DNA from: Flavobacteriales bacterium UBA7666
GTDB taxonomy: Bacteria; Bacteroidota; Bacteroidia; Flavobacteriales_D; Crocinitomicaceae
DNA: 64,000 bases
Assembly: GCA_002483265.1 (NCBI GenBank)
Contig: DLHO01000022.1
Span: 18,308 to 82,307, forward strand
Direction: 5' to 3'
Part shown: piece by piece, positions 1 through 8,107 of the stretch
Layout of the letters: each line of letters begins with the position of its first letter
Position numbering within the stretch: the stretch's first letter is position 1
The notes under the pieces: generated by a model
The model's input: only the letters and a program-made list of their open reading frames with translations
Database searches by the model: none
What the model was told of the DNA's origin: nothing
Position numbers and translations under genes: made by a program

Positions 1-320
1 ATAAATGAGTCTCGTGCACTTAGGTAGAAGGGGGTGGAAGCAATAATCCCAATAACTGTAATAACGATACTGGTAACAATGGGCCTTTTGTTCTGGATTA
101 ACATTCGAGAGATTATGTAGTTGATTAAAAGGGTTATGAGGGATAAGATTGCGACCTTAATGAATATGTTTGTTGCGACATCATTTGCAGTCTCAAATGC
201 TTTGTTTGGACCTGATCGACCATTGATTAATCCATAGCTTAAAATTGCTGTTACAGCAATCAGATATATGAATGCTCCATTTAGAATGATTAGTAGTGTG
301 ATTCCGATTTTTTGTTTCAT
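1..320 (-). CDS. Hypothetical membrane protein, 3' end runs off the window
   Basis: Translated by hand from ATG at 320: MKQKIGITLLIILNGAFIYLIAVTAILSYG..., open to base 1 with about 3 hydrophobic segments. Absent from the ORF track because no stop codon is in the window. Confidence 0.7.
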   Translation of the reverse strand, partial: MKQKIGITLLIILNGAFIYLIAVTAILSYGLINGRSGPNKAFETANDVATNIFIKVAILSLITLLINYIISRMLIQNKRPIVTSIVITVIGIIASTPFYLSARDSF

Positions 321-464
321 GATATTAAAAATATCAAATCTATTAATAATAAGATCTATCAATTTATTTAGTTGAACATCACTTGGTTTCCTGGCTAAAG
401 TGTCTAATATAAAAAACGCCTCCCCGCCACAGCGGAAAAGCGTTTCCTGTATTAAACATGCGAT

Positions 465-689
465 TTATTTCTCTTCGTCGTATTCGCCTTTCAAAGCGTA
501 AATCCCGAAGATGGCTAAACCAATGACAATGAGTGGGGTGAGAATAAAGAGAATGATTATTCCAAATACTAAATCATCCTGACTTCCTGTGGAGAACTTG
601 GGAATTCCAAATTTCATGACGCAGAAGTATGCTGAAAGTGCGGCTAGTAAAAGCCATATAACACCTAAAATTCGTTTGAAGATATTCAT
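465..689 (-). CDS. Small two-TM membrane protein, DUF6814-like
   Basis: 74 aa, two hydrophobic helices, C-terminal ALKGEYD motif; directly downstream of the MFS gene. Confidence 0.75.
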   Translation of the reverse strand: MNIFKRILGVIWLLLAALSAYFCVMKFGIPKFSTGSQDDLVFGIIILFILTPLIVIGLAIFGIYALKGEYDEEK

Positions 690-719
690 AGCGTATTTTT
701 TAAATTAGTAATTGCATTT

Positions 720-2261
720 TCAATTAGTTACTTGTTCAGGTTTCTTATCCTTCACGTAAATCAATCCAATTAAGAAGCTGACTCCTGCAATGATAATCGG
801 ATACCACAAACCATCGAGGTAAAACTCTGCATTTCCTACTTCTTTTGATTGAGTTACAAGGTAAGTCGAAATTGCGGGTAAAAGTCCACCAAAGATCCCG
901 TTTCCAATATGATAAGGTAAGGACATGGAAGTATAACGAATTTGCACGGGGAACATTTCCACTAGGAAAGCTGCAATCGGCCCGTAAACCATTGTTACGA
1001 AAATTACTTGAATAAAAACTAAGAAAATGAGGAACCATTTATCTGAACTCGGAATGGTGATCGCGATTTTGTTATCAATTCTTGGTTTTCCAGCTGCCAC
1101 GATCACTTTGTTTTCCTTGTCTAAATGCACGGTTTTCTTTTGGTTCCAAACTGTTCCGTCTGAATAGTTTGTTGTGGTTGCGTACAAGGAATCTGTTCCT
1201 GTGGCTACCAATGTTGCCGATGCATCTGTTTTGGTTGATACGATCAATTCCTTTTTGGTTTCCACATTTGTGCGCTCATACATCAGTCGGTAGATCGGAC
1301 GATAGCATACAATGGCCAAAAGCATTCCAGCGAGCATGATCTTCTTTCGACCTATTTTATCTGACATCCAGCCAAAGACGACGAAGAACGGTGTTCCCAT
1401 GAGAAGTGCAATTCCCATGAGTGTGTCCACTTGTTGTGCATCGATGCTCATCACTGTTTTGAGGAAGCTCATGGCGTAGAATTGTCCCGTGTACCAGACG
1501 ACCCCTTGTCCCATCGCAACACCGAATAAAGCAAGTAACACGAATTTGAAATTCAATTTATTCCCGAAACTTTCTTTCAATGGATTTTTAGAGATCTTTC
1601 CTTCTGTTTTTGCTTTTTCGAATTCAGGAGACTCGTGCATTTTCTTGCGGATGAGGTAAGAAACCAAGACCATTAGGATTGAAACCCAGAATGGTACACG
1701 CCATCCCCAACTGTCGAATTGTTCTTCGCTTAAAGCACCTCGGGTTACGAGGATTACCATCAGGGAAACGAATAACCCGAAAGTAGCAGTGGTTTGAATC
1801 CAGGAAGTCCAATATCCGCGTTGATTACCCGGCGAATGTTCGGCTACATAAGTTGCGGCTCCTCCATATTCCCCACCGAGTGCAAGTCCCTGAAGTAAGC
1901 GGAGTACTAAAATTAAAATGGGTGCAAACACTCCAATGCTTTCATAGGAGGGAACACAACCGATTAAGAAAGTAGCTCCACCCATCAAGAGAAGTGTAAC
2001 CATGAAGGTGTATTTTCGACCGATTAAATCACCCAATCTCCCGAAGAATAAAGCTCCGAAAGGTCGCACGACGAAACCGGCAGCGAAAGTTGCTAAAGTG
2101 GATAGAAATGCTGCGACAGGATTATCAGCAGGGAAAAATTTAGTAGAAATGACTACTGCAAGGCTTCCGAATATGTAGAAGTCGTACCATTCAATGAGGG
2201 TTCCGACAGAGGAGGCGGAAATGACTTTCCAAATTCCTTTTGTTGATGTATTGTTACTCAT
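720..2261 (-). CDS. MFS transporter, metabolite:H+ symporter (MHS) family
   Basis: EWYDFYIFG, RPFGALFFGRLGDLIGRK, RLLQGLALGGEYGGA and ESPEF motifs; periplasmic insertion in the C-terminal half. Confidence 0.93.
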   Translation of the reverse strand: MSNNTSTKGIWKVISASSVGTLIEWYDFYIFGSLAVVISTKFFPADNPVAAFLSTLATFAAGFVVRPFGALFFGRLGDLIGRKYTFMVTLLLMGGATFLIGCVPSYESIGVFAPILILVLRLLQGLALGGEYGGAATYVAEHSPGNQRGYWTSWIQTTATFGLFVSLMVILVTRGALSEEQFDSWGWRVPFWVSILMVLVSYLIRKKMHESPEFEKAKTEGKISKNPLKESFGNKLNFKFVLLALFGVAMGQGVVWYTGQFYAMSFLKTVMSIDAQQVDTLMGIALLMGTPFFVVFGWMSDKIGRKKIMLAGMLLAIVCYRPIYRLMYERTNVETKKELIVSTKTDASATLVATGTDSLYATTTNYSDGTVWNQKKTVHLDKENKVIVAAGKPRIDNKIAITIPSSDKWFLIFLVFIQVIFVTMVYGPIAAFLVEMFPVQIRYTSMSLPYHIGNGIFGGLLPAISTYLVTQSKEVGNAEFYLDGLWYPIIIAGVSFLIGLIYVKDKKPEQVTN

Positions 2262-2404
2262 GTTTGTTCGAATTACGGTTTAATAAGTTCGTAGCTAAAA
2301 CAACTGTTGAGTTCCGGAAGCTCGTTTGTTGTTTTCGTTTTACCAATATTCCGTAATTCAGACTAAAGTGAAAAAAGAGTTATATATTTTTGTAAATAGT
2401 ATAG

Positions 2405-2824
2405 TTAGTCTCTGAATCGTTCCCATTTGATCAGCATGAACTTGTCGCCTAATTCGGTGATAATCATACCTGCTCCTGTAAGAAATTCTTTGTGTTTCAA
2501 TTGTTCCAGAAGCTCTTGATGAGTAATGATACGGTAGGTTGGGTGATACATCCCGTCGTTTAAGCGCTTGATTTTGTAGTGTCTTACCCAGTTGGAAACT
2601 GTGACATGAGAAACACCGATGATTCGTTCAATTTCCCGGTAGCTCAATCCTTCTAAATAGAGTTGAAGCGCCTTGGTGATATAGTAATCATCGATCTTCT
2701 TTCCAATTTTATCGACTGTAAAGTTGTAAGAACATTGCTTGCAGGTGTAGCGCTGACGACTGTTTACAATACCGCTCTTGATGATTTTTGGGCTTCTGCA
2801 TTTGGGACAGCTTTCAATTTTCAT
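2405..2824 (-). CDS. IS1 InsA-like zinc-ribbon + HTH protein, probably a domesticated regulator
   Basis: CPKC...KSG...QRYTCKQC zinc ribbon followed by YLEGLSYREIERIIGVSHVTVSNWVR HTH; no InsB/DDE ORF adjacent. Confidence 0.8.
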   Translation of the reverse strand: MKIESCPKCRSPKIIKSGIVNSRQRYTCKQCSYNFTVDKIGKKIDDYYITKALQLYLEGLSYREIERIIGVSHVTVSNWVRHYKIKRLNDGMYHPTYRIITHQELLEQLKHKEFLTGAGMIITELGDKFMLIKWERFRD

Positions 2825-2882
2825 CGGATACTATTTTATTTTTGCATAAATATAGTATTTTAGCGATATGTTGTCAAGTTTT

Positions 2883-3338
2883 TTATGGAAATGACTGTTT
2901 TTGAGTTGCTTTATTGAGTTTTTGAAAGTTCATATAAAATTCCAAGAACTCTTTATTTGCACTTTTTGAGAATTGATTAGATTGGGTTATTGTTAATTTG
3001 AATCCATTCATTAGGTGAAGTTGGATTCGCATTCCGTTAAATGATTCTATTTTCCAAAATAGAATATCCGAAAATTTTATTTGACCAAACTTCTTCGTTA
3101 TTATCGAAGTCTCGTCCAATTCAATGTTTTCCTTTGAATAGGAACTTCGAAGAGATAGGAACAATGATAAAGGAATTAGCAAGATTCCAATAATTTCAAT
3201 GAGCAACAAGAATGTTTTATCTATGTTTTGGGGCAGAAAAAGAATGATTGCAGGCAGAATAAGAAGATAGGCAACGATAGATAGAATTAACCGGAGAGTC
3301 ATTTTTTTATGATCTACTAAAAGTACCTTATAGGACAT
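2883..3338 (-). CDS. Hypothetical membrane protein
   Basis: 151 aa, two N-terminal TM helices then a soluble domain; AT-rich. Confidence 0.65.
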   Translation of the reverse strand: MSYKVLLVDHKKMTLRLILSIVAYLLILPAIILFLPQNIDKTFLLLIEIIGILLIPLSLFLSLRSSYSKENIELDETSIITKKFGQIKFSDILFWKIESFNGMRIQLHLMNGFKLTITQSNQFSKSANKEFLEFYMNFQKLNKATQKQSFP

Positions 3339-3365
3339 TTTGCAGGATAATTTAAGTCGTTAAAG

Positions 3366-3405
3366 AATAAAACCTGTATAACTAGAAAGTTACACAGGTT
3401 TTTAT
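3366..3405. terminator. Intrinsic terminator-like hairpin
   Basis: AAAACCTGT...ACAGGTTTT arms (3369-3377/3394-3402) with inner TAACT/AGTTA. Confidence 0.65.
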
Positions 3406-3422
3406 GATTGATTTTTTCAGTT

Positions 3423-4073
3423 TTATCCTCTTCTTCTTTCCAATAGAATCATCATCATCAAGGAAAGCACGATGCACTCATCTTCGCTTGCATTGTGTGT
3501 TGGTCCGATTTTTTCAAGTGTAAACTTTCTTCCGAACATGGAAGCGTTTTTCTTTAAGCGCATGACTTTCGATCCGTCGGGTCTTCCAACAATGTATTTT
3601 GGATTGAATACGTATCCTGTGAACATTCCTAATACCGGAATTTCGCTGAACAAGCTGTCAAACACCTTCGTCCATGCATTTTCTTCCATGATGTGGAATG
3701 CCAAGTGTTCGTTCTGATCATAGATATCGTAGCGCGCTTTCCAGATAGAAGCCCATCCTTTACGTGCAACACGCCCTTTCTCCACACCATTTTTATCCGT
3801 AAACACATAAGCAGCAGAGAAATCGATCCATTTGTTTGCTTTGATAGTGAATTCGAGGTTCTTTTTGCTTGTGTCTGTAAAAACCTGAATTTCGTCAATA
3901 AACTTGAACATTTTCTGGCGCACATAAGCCAAAGTTGCAGAACTGGCGTCTTCAATCACAAAGTCGTTGGACAATGTTCCAATCTTGAAACTAAACTTTA
4001 GCGGATAGTTCAAGTTGCTAAGATCCACGTTCTTTTGAGCGAAAAAGCTCATGTTATCTAATACTTCACTCAT
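3423..4073 (-). CDS. LURP-one/scramblase (tubby C-terminal-like) protein
   Basis: FKIGTLSNDFVIED...LAYVRQKMFKF and GRVARKGWASIWKARYDI pattern typical of LURP-one-related proteins. Confidence 0.7.
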   Translation of the reverse strand: MSEVLDNMSFFAQKNVDLSNLNYPLKFSFKIGTLSNDFVIEDASSATLAYVRQKMFKFIDEIQVFTDTSKKNLEFTIKANKWIDFSAAYVFTDKNGVEKGRVARKGWASIWKARYDIYDQNEHLAFHIMEENAWTKVFDSLFSEIPVLGMFTGYVFNPKYIVGRPDGSKVMRLKKNASMFGRKFTLEKIGPTHNASEDECIVLSLMMMILLERRRG

Positions 4074-4075
4074 GT

Positions 4076-4534
4076 TTATTTCTTTTTAATTGCTTTTTCA
4101 TAGATGGAGATCCAGTCTTCCATACTCATTTTGCTTACTAATTTACCGATTAATTCGAAAGGAATCTGATCCGGTTTTTTAAATCGCACACAACTTTTCC
4201 CCATATCCAATTTGGTTTTACTTACTTGTTGAAATTCGCTGACGAACCAATCGAGTAATTCTTTATGGGCATACATTCCCATGTGATAGAATGCAATGAA
4301 ATTTTTTTGTGAAGCAAAACTCATAAATGGAAGCGGTAATTTGGGATCGCAATGATAACCTGACGGATACAAAGAATGCGGAACGGCGTACCCGATCATC
4401 CCATATCCGATACCTTCCTTGAATCCTGTCGGGAGATTGTCCAGGATTGTTTTTCTTAGCTTCATCATAGCTTCCTGTCGTTCTTCCGGACAGTTTGCTA
4501 TCACCTCTTCGGGTGTTGTTCCTTGTGTTTTCAT
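4076..4534 (-). CDS. DUF1801 (YdhG-like) protein
   Basis: EGIGYGMIGY, FASQKNFIAFY and LDMGKSCVRFKK motifs. Confidence 0.88.
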   Translation of the reverse strand: MKTQGTTPEEVIANCPEERQEAMMKLRKTILDNLPTGFKEGIGYGMIGYAVPHSLYPSGYHCDPKLPLPFMSFASQKNFIAFYHMGMYAHKELLDWFVSEFQQVSKTKLDMGKSCVRFKKPDQIPFELIGKLVSKMSMEDWISIYEKAIKKK

Positions 4535-4661
4535 GACTCTTCGAAGATACCAAAAAGATTCAAACCTGAATTCCGATTAACAGCACATCATCTAACTGTT
4601 CTCGTCCTGCCAAAACCAATTTAATCACCTATGAAAAGTGTGAAAATCTCTTGGTTTCATT

Positions 4662-4701
4662 AAACAAAAAGACCGATTCATTGAGAAGTCGGTCTTTGTT
4701 T
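4662..4701. terminator. Intrinsic terminator-like hairpin
   Basis: AAAGACCGA (4668-4676) / TCGGTCTTT (4689-4697) with A/T tails, just after the T9SS gene stop. Confidence 0.7.
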
Positions 4702-4717
4702 CTGAATGAGAAATGAT

Positions 4718-6589
4718 TTATTCGATAATGATTTTATGTGTTGAAAGGGTTTTTCCTTCTTGTGAAATCGTCAATAAGTAAAATCCATTCTGAAATTCGC
4801 GGATATCTATTGAATTATACGTTAATCCTTTCTGAACAACTTGATTGCTGTTGAAGACTTTTTGCCCGTTCAAGGTAGAAAGAGTTAATTGGTAAGTTGT
4901 TTCCGTTTTAGAAGAGAGAACCACATTGAGATTGTTATCAGCAGGATTTGGAAAGGTTTTTACGAGTTCCAGGTCGTTCATGAATTCTTGTTCAATCGCC
5001 AAGGTATTTGAAGTGGTGTTTGTTCCATTCTCACGAACCAATCTTACACGGTAATATGCCATACCGCTAATCGGTTGTAAATCTTCAAACTGATAAGTCA
5101 ATGCTTCCAAACTTAAACCGTGCGCTTCAATTGTTCCGATGTCCATGTAATTGTTTCCGTTTTCACTGCGTTCAATCACATACTTGTCCACATTGAATTC
5201 GCTTGAACTTGTCCATTGCAAAGCATTGAATCCGGATTCATTTTTACCTGTGAGACTCATCGATTCAATTCCAAGAGCAGAGCAGCTTACTACCGCAGTT
5301 CCACCAAATGATAGGGGAACTGTTGTGATAGCGGAAGAGTAATTGGATAAACAAATTAGGTATTGCGTTAAAGATCCCGGGTTTAAAGGGGCTTCCCAGT
5401 TAGTCATGGAAGTTGCTCCGGCTGGCAAAGTACTTGAGATTCCCGTGAATTGCTCGCATGATCCATTGTAATTGCATCGGATAGGGGCTTGTGTACCTGC
5501 CGAGATATTGGCACAAGTACCGGGAGTGTATGCCCACATAGACCAATCCAGACAATTGAACGTTCCGGAATTGGGAGTTCCCAGTGAGAACGTTAAACTA
5601 CCTCCGGTATATACATTGACAACCATCCAGGTGCTATTTAATTCTTCGGACAAAAGACATCCCGGGTTCGTTCCAGAGACATTCAGATCCGGATTTGCAG
5701 CACAGGTTCCTGCAATACAAATTTCATCGATTGCACCGTAACCATTCGGATCGATTGAGAAAGAGGCATTGGAACAAACATTGGCAGCTACAACACAATC
5801 TCCTGCAGTTGTTGGCCCACCTGCCGGACAGGTTAATGAGAATGTAATACCAGCTGCTGCTGTAGAGGTTGCATCCATTACAAAATAATACGTTGTGCCT
5901 GCGGTAAGTGCAATAGATCCTACTGAACCTGGAACTGTAGCTGTTCCTGCGCAATTCCATCCTGTGGCTGAGCATCCTCCGGTTTTCCATCCGATTGCAT
6001 AACCTCCTCCTGTTACGGATGTCACGTTAAATGAATAGTTTCCGGTTGTCGTTGCTGTATAACTGTACATTTGTTCCAAACCGGGTGTCGTAGTTGCACA
6101 CAAAGTAGAAATGAACGATGATGCACCTGTTGTAGTGAGGGTGAAGGCCTGCCCACATCCTGAAATAGGTGAAGCTGTAGCGCAGGGGCCTGTTCCGCAT
6201 GAGGTACAAGTAATGGTTGTTGTTAAACAAGTTGAAGCCGTTCCGCAACCTACACAGTTTGTGTTCAAAGTCATATAGTAAGTCCCTGAAGCAGCGGCTG
6301 TGAATGGAACTGATGACGAACCAAATGCAACTACGGGTCCGGTTGGTGATCCACTGTGAATGGTGATGCAGGCAGCGGGCGTGACGGTGAATAAATAACT
6401 ATTTCCTGCAACAACACCTGTGATTGTGTTGTAATCACCGGCATAATTACAAGAGCTGATTGTTGTAGCGCCAGTTCCGGTTGGTGCTAAGGCTGTTAGA
6501 AAAGCAAAACCTCCAGAGCATTGTGCCCGACTGTTTTCTGACCAACTGGTAAACAGTGAAATAAGTAATAGTAAGTACAAATTTTTCAT
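4718..6589 (-). CDS. Cys-rich secreted protein with T9SS type A sorting domain
   Basis: Signal peptide ending SRA|Q, APIRCNY Cys-rich domain, C-terminal FPNPA...NGFYLLTI sorting domain. ORF track starts at 6607; MKNLYLLLL at 6589 is preferred. Confidence 0.88.
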   Translation of the reverse strand: MKNLYLLLLISLFTSWSENSRAQCSGGFAFLTALAPTGTGATTISSCNYAGDYNTITGVVAGNSYLFTVTPAACITIHSGSPTGPVVAFGSSSVPFTAAASGTYYMTLNTNCVGCGTASTCLTTTITCTSCGTGPCATASPISGCGQAFTLTTTGASSFISTLCATTTPGLEQMYSYTATTTGNYSFNVTSVTGGGYAIGWKTGGCSATGWNCAGTATVPGSVGSIALTAGTTYYFVMDATSTAAAGITFSLTCPAGGPTTAGDCVVAANVCSNASFSIDPNGYGAIDEICIAGTCAANPDLNVSGTNPGCLLSEELNSTWMVVNVYTGGSLTFSLGTPNSGTFNCLDWSMWAYTPGTCANISAGTQAPIRCNYNGSCEQFTGISSTLPAGATSMTNWEAPLNPGSLTQYLICLSNYSSAITTVPLSFGGTAVVSCSALGIESMSLTGKNESGFNALQWTSSSEFNVDKYVIERSENGNNYMDIGTIEAHGLSLEALTYQFEDLQPISGMAYYRVRLVRENGTNTTSNTLAIEQEFMNDLELVKTFPNPADNNLNVVLSSKTETTYQLTLSTLNGQKVFNSNQVVQKGLTYNSIDIREFQNGFYLLTISQEGKTLSTHKIIIE

Positions 6590-6599
6590 ATACAGCAAA

Positions 6600-7223
6600 T
6601 TAGTCAATGATTAAATAATTTAATTCCGTCAAAATCTGTGTGCGTCTTGCATCTTCCATTGTTTTGAATTCGTTAAAACGGATGTGGAGACGATTCGCAT
6701 CAGAGGTTATTTGCAGATAAGCTGCAGGATAGTCTTTCGCCCAATCCCAAACTTGTTCTTTATAGGTTTGAAAGTCAGATTCGGAAAAGCCATAGCTTGT
6801 CCAAACCGGAAAAGGTCTTTCAGGAAGTTCATGAAGCAGTGAATTCAAGTTGTAACCCTGAAGCAGGTTGTTTAATTCCGTTCCTGACTTCAAAGTGATT
6901 AGAATACTGCTTCGAAACATGAATTGAACGGGTTGATTATCTTGTCTTAAATGCTCGTATTCGGATACGTCGAAATGCTGAATATTTAATAGCTCTTGAA
7001 TAGAAATACCTGTTTCAGAACTATTAAATGAAAAACTGGTTGTAAAGTAGTTCCACAATACCTGAAGTCTTTGAGGATCAATCTGTGCGATTTTTTGAAT
7101 TCTTTCCGGTAAGTGATGCTTCTGAATCATGCGGTTGGATGCAATCACAGAATAGTCAGTTTGAGCCAAAGTTGCACCGGATATGCTCACTGACAAACAC
7201 AGTAGCAGGTATAATGTCTTCAT
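6600..7223 (-). CDS. Hypothetical secreted protein, cotranscribed with the T9SS cargo gene
   Basis: Signal peptide MKTLYLLLCLSVSISGATLA|Q; stop lies 10 bp from the next start. ORF track starts at 7259. Confidence 0.75.
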   Translation of the reverse strand: MKTLYLLLCLSVSISGATLAQTDYSVIASNRMIQKHHLPERIQKIAQIDPQRLQVLWNYFTTSFSFNSSETGISIQELLNIQHFDVSEYEHLRQDNQPVQFMFRSSILITLKSGTELNNLLQGYNLNSLLHELPERPFPVWTSYGFSESDFQTYKEQVWDWAKDYPAAYLQITSDANRLHIRFNEFKTMEDARRTQILTELNYLIID

Positions 7224-7397
7224 AATCACAGGATTTAAGACAAGTATACAAAATAACAAATGGTTAAAAGAATAACAATCGCTTCAATGAATAAACCGAA
7301 CGCTTTATCGATCAGATGTTAAATCTGAGTGAATATTTCATGAATTTTAGACTAAATCGACTTGCTAAGTGTTTGATAAGCAGTTTATTGGGGTGGA

Positions 7398-8024
7398 CTA
7401 GACGCTTGTATCAACGTATACCACTGCTTTTGTCTCGAAAAACTCACCGGAAAAAACAGTTTGCAGTGAGTGGATTTTGTAAGGATATTTAACTGGCGAC
7501 ATTTCTTCTTTCAAGTCACCACCTTTCAAGTATAAAATCCCATTTGGTAGCGAATTTTTACTTTCTTTCAAAAATTTTCCTTTTGTCCAGAGTAAAAATG
7601 CAGGCATTGCAGTCACAGCTCTGCTTACTATAAAATCAAATTGTTCTTTGATTTCTTCTGCTCTTGCGTGTGTTGCTCGAACATTTTTTAAGCCCAAAGC
7701 CTGAGTGACTTCATTTACTACCTTGATCTTTTTTCCTATGGAATCTACGAGGTGAAATTGAACGTCAGGAAATAAGATCGCTAATGGAATTCCCGGAAAA
7801 CCACCACCTGTTCCAATATCTAAAACAGAAGAACCGGACGTGAACTCCATGATTTTTGCAATTCCAAGTGAATGCAGTACATGTCGTTCGTAAAATTCGT
7901 CCGTATCCTTTCTGGAAATTACATTAATCTGCGCATTCCAGAATAAATACAATTCCTGCAACTGCTCAAATTGTTTTTTTTGAACGGCTGTTAAATTTGG
8001 AAAGTATTTGAGGATTAGATCCAT
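7398..8024 (-). CDS. rsmG: 16S rRNA m7G527 methyltransferase
   Basis: INVISRKD, HVLHSL, LDIGTGGGFPGIPLA, LVDSIGKKI, SRAV and LYLKG motifs. Confidence 0.97.
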   Translation of the reverse strand: MDLILKYFPNLTAVQKKQFEQLQELYLFWNAQINVISRKDTDEFYERHVLHSLGIAKIMEFTSGSSVLDIGTGGGFPGIPLAILFPDVQFHLVDSIGKKIKVVNEVTQALGLKNVRATHARAEEIKEQFDFIVSRAVTAMPAFLLWTKGKFLKESKNSLPNGILYLKGGDLKEEMSPVKYPYKIHSLQTVFSGEFFETKAVVYVDTSV

Positions 8025-8107
8025 AGAGAATGGAGAATGTAAAATTGAAAATGGAAAAGAAGGTGACTTCGACTCCGCTCAGCCACCTTTTCAATTCTCA
8101 ATTATTA
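8025..8107. repeat. Heptamer-array inverted repeat with central CTTCGACTCCGCTCAG REP-like hairpin
   Basis: GAGAATG/GAAAATG repeats, core AAGGTGACTTCGACTCCGCTCAGCCACCTT (8060-8089), then TTCAATT/CTCAATT repeats. Confidence 0.7.

Noticed and set aside
2405-2824. Active IS1 element
   Set aside because: No InsB/DDE domain, frameshift partner, terminal IRs or target duplication.
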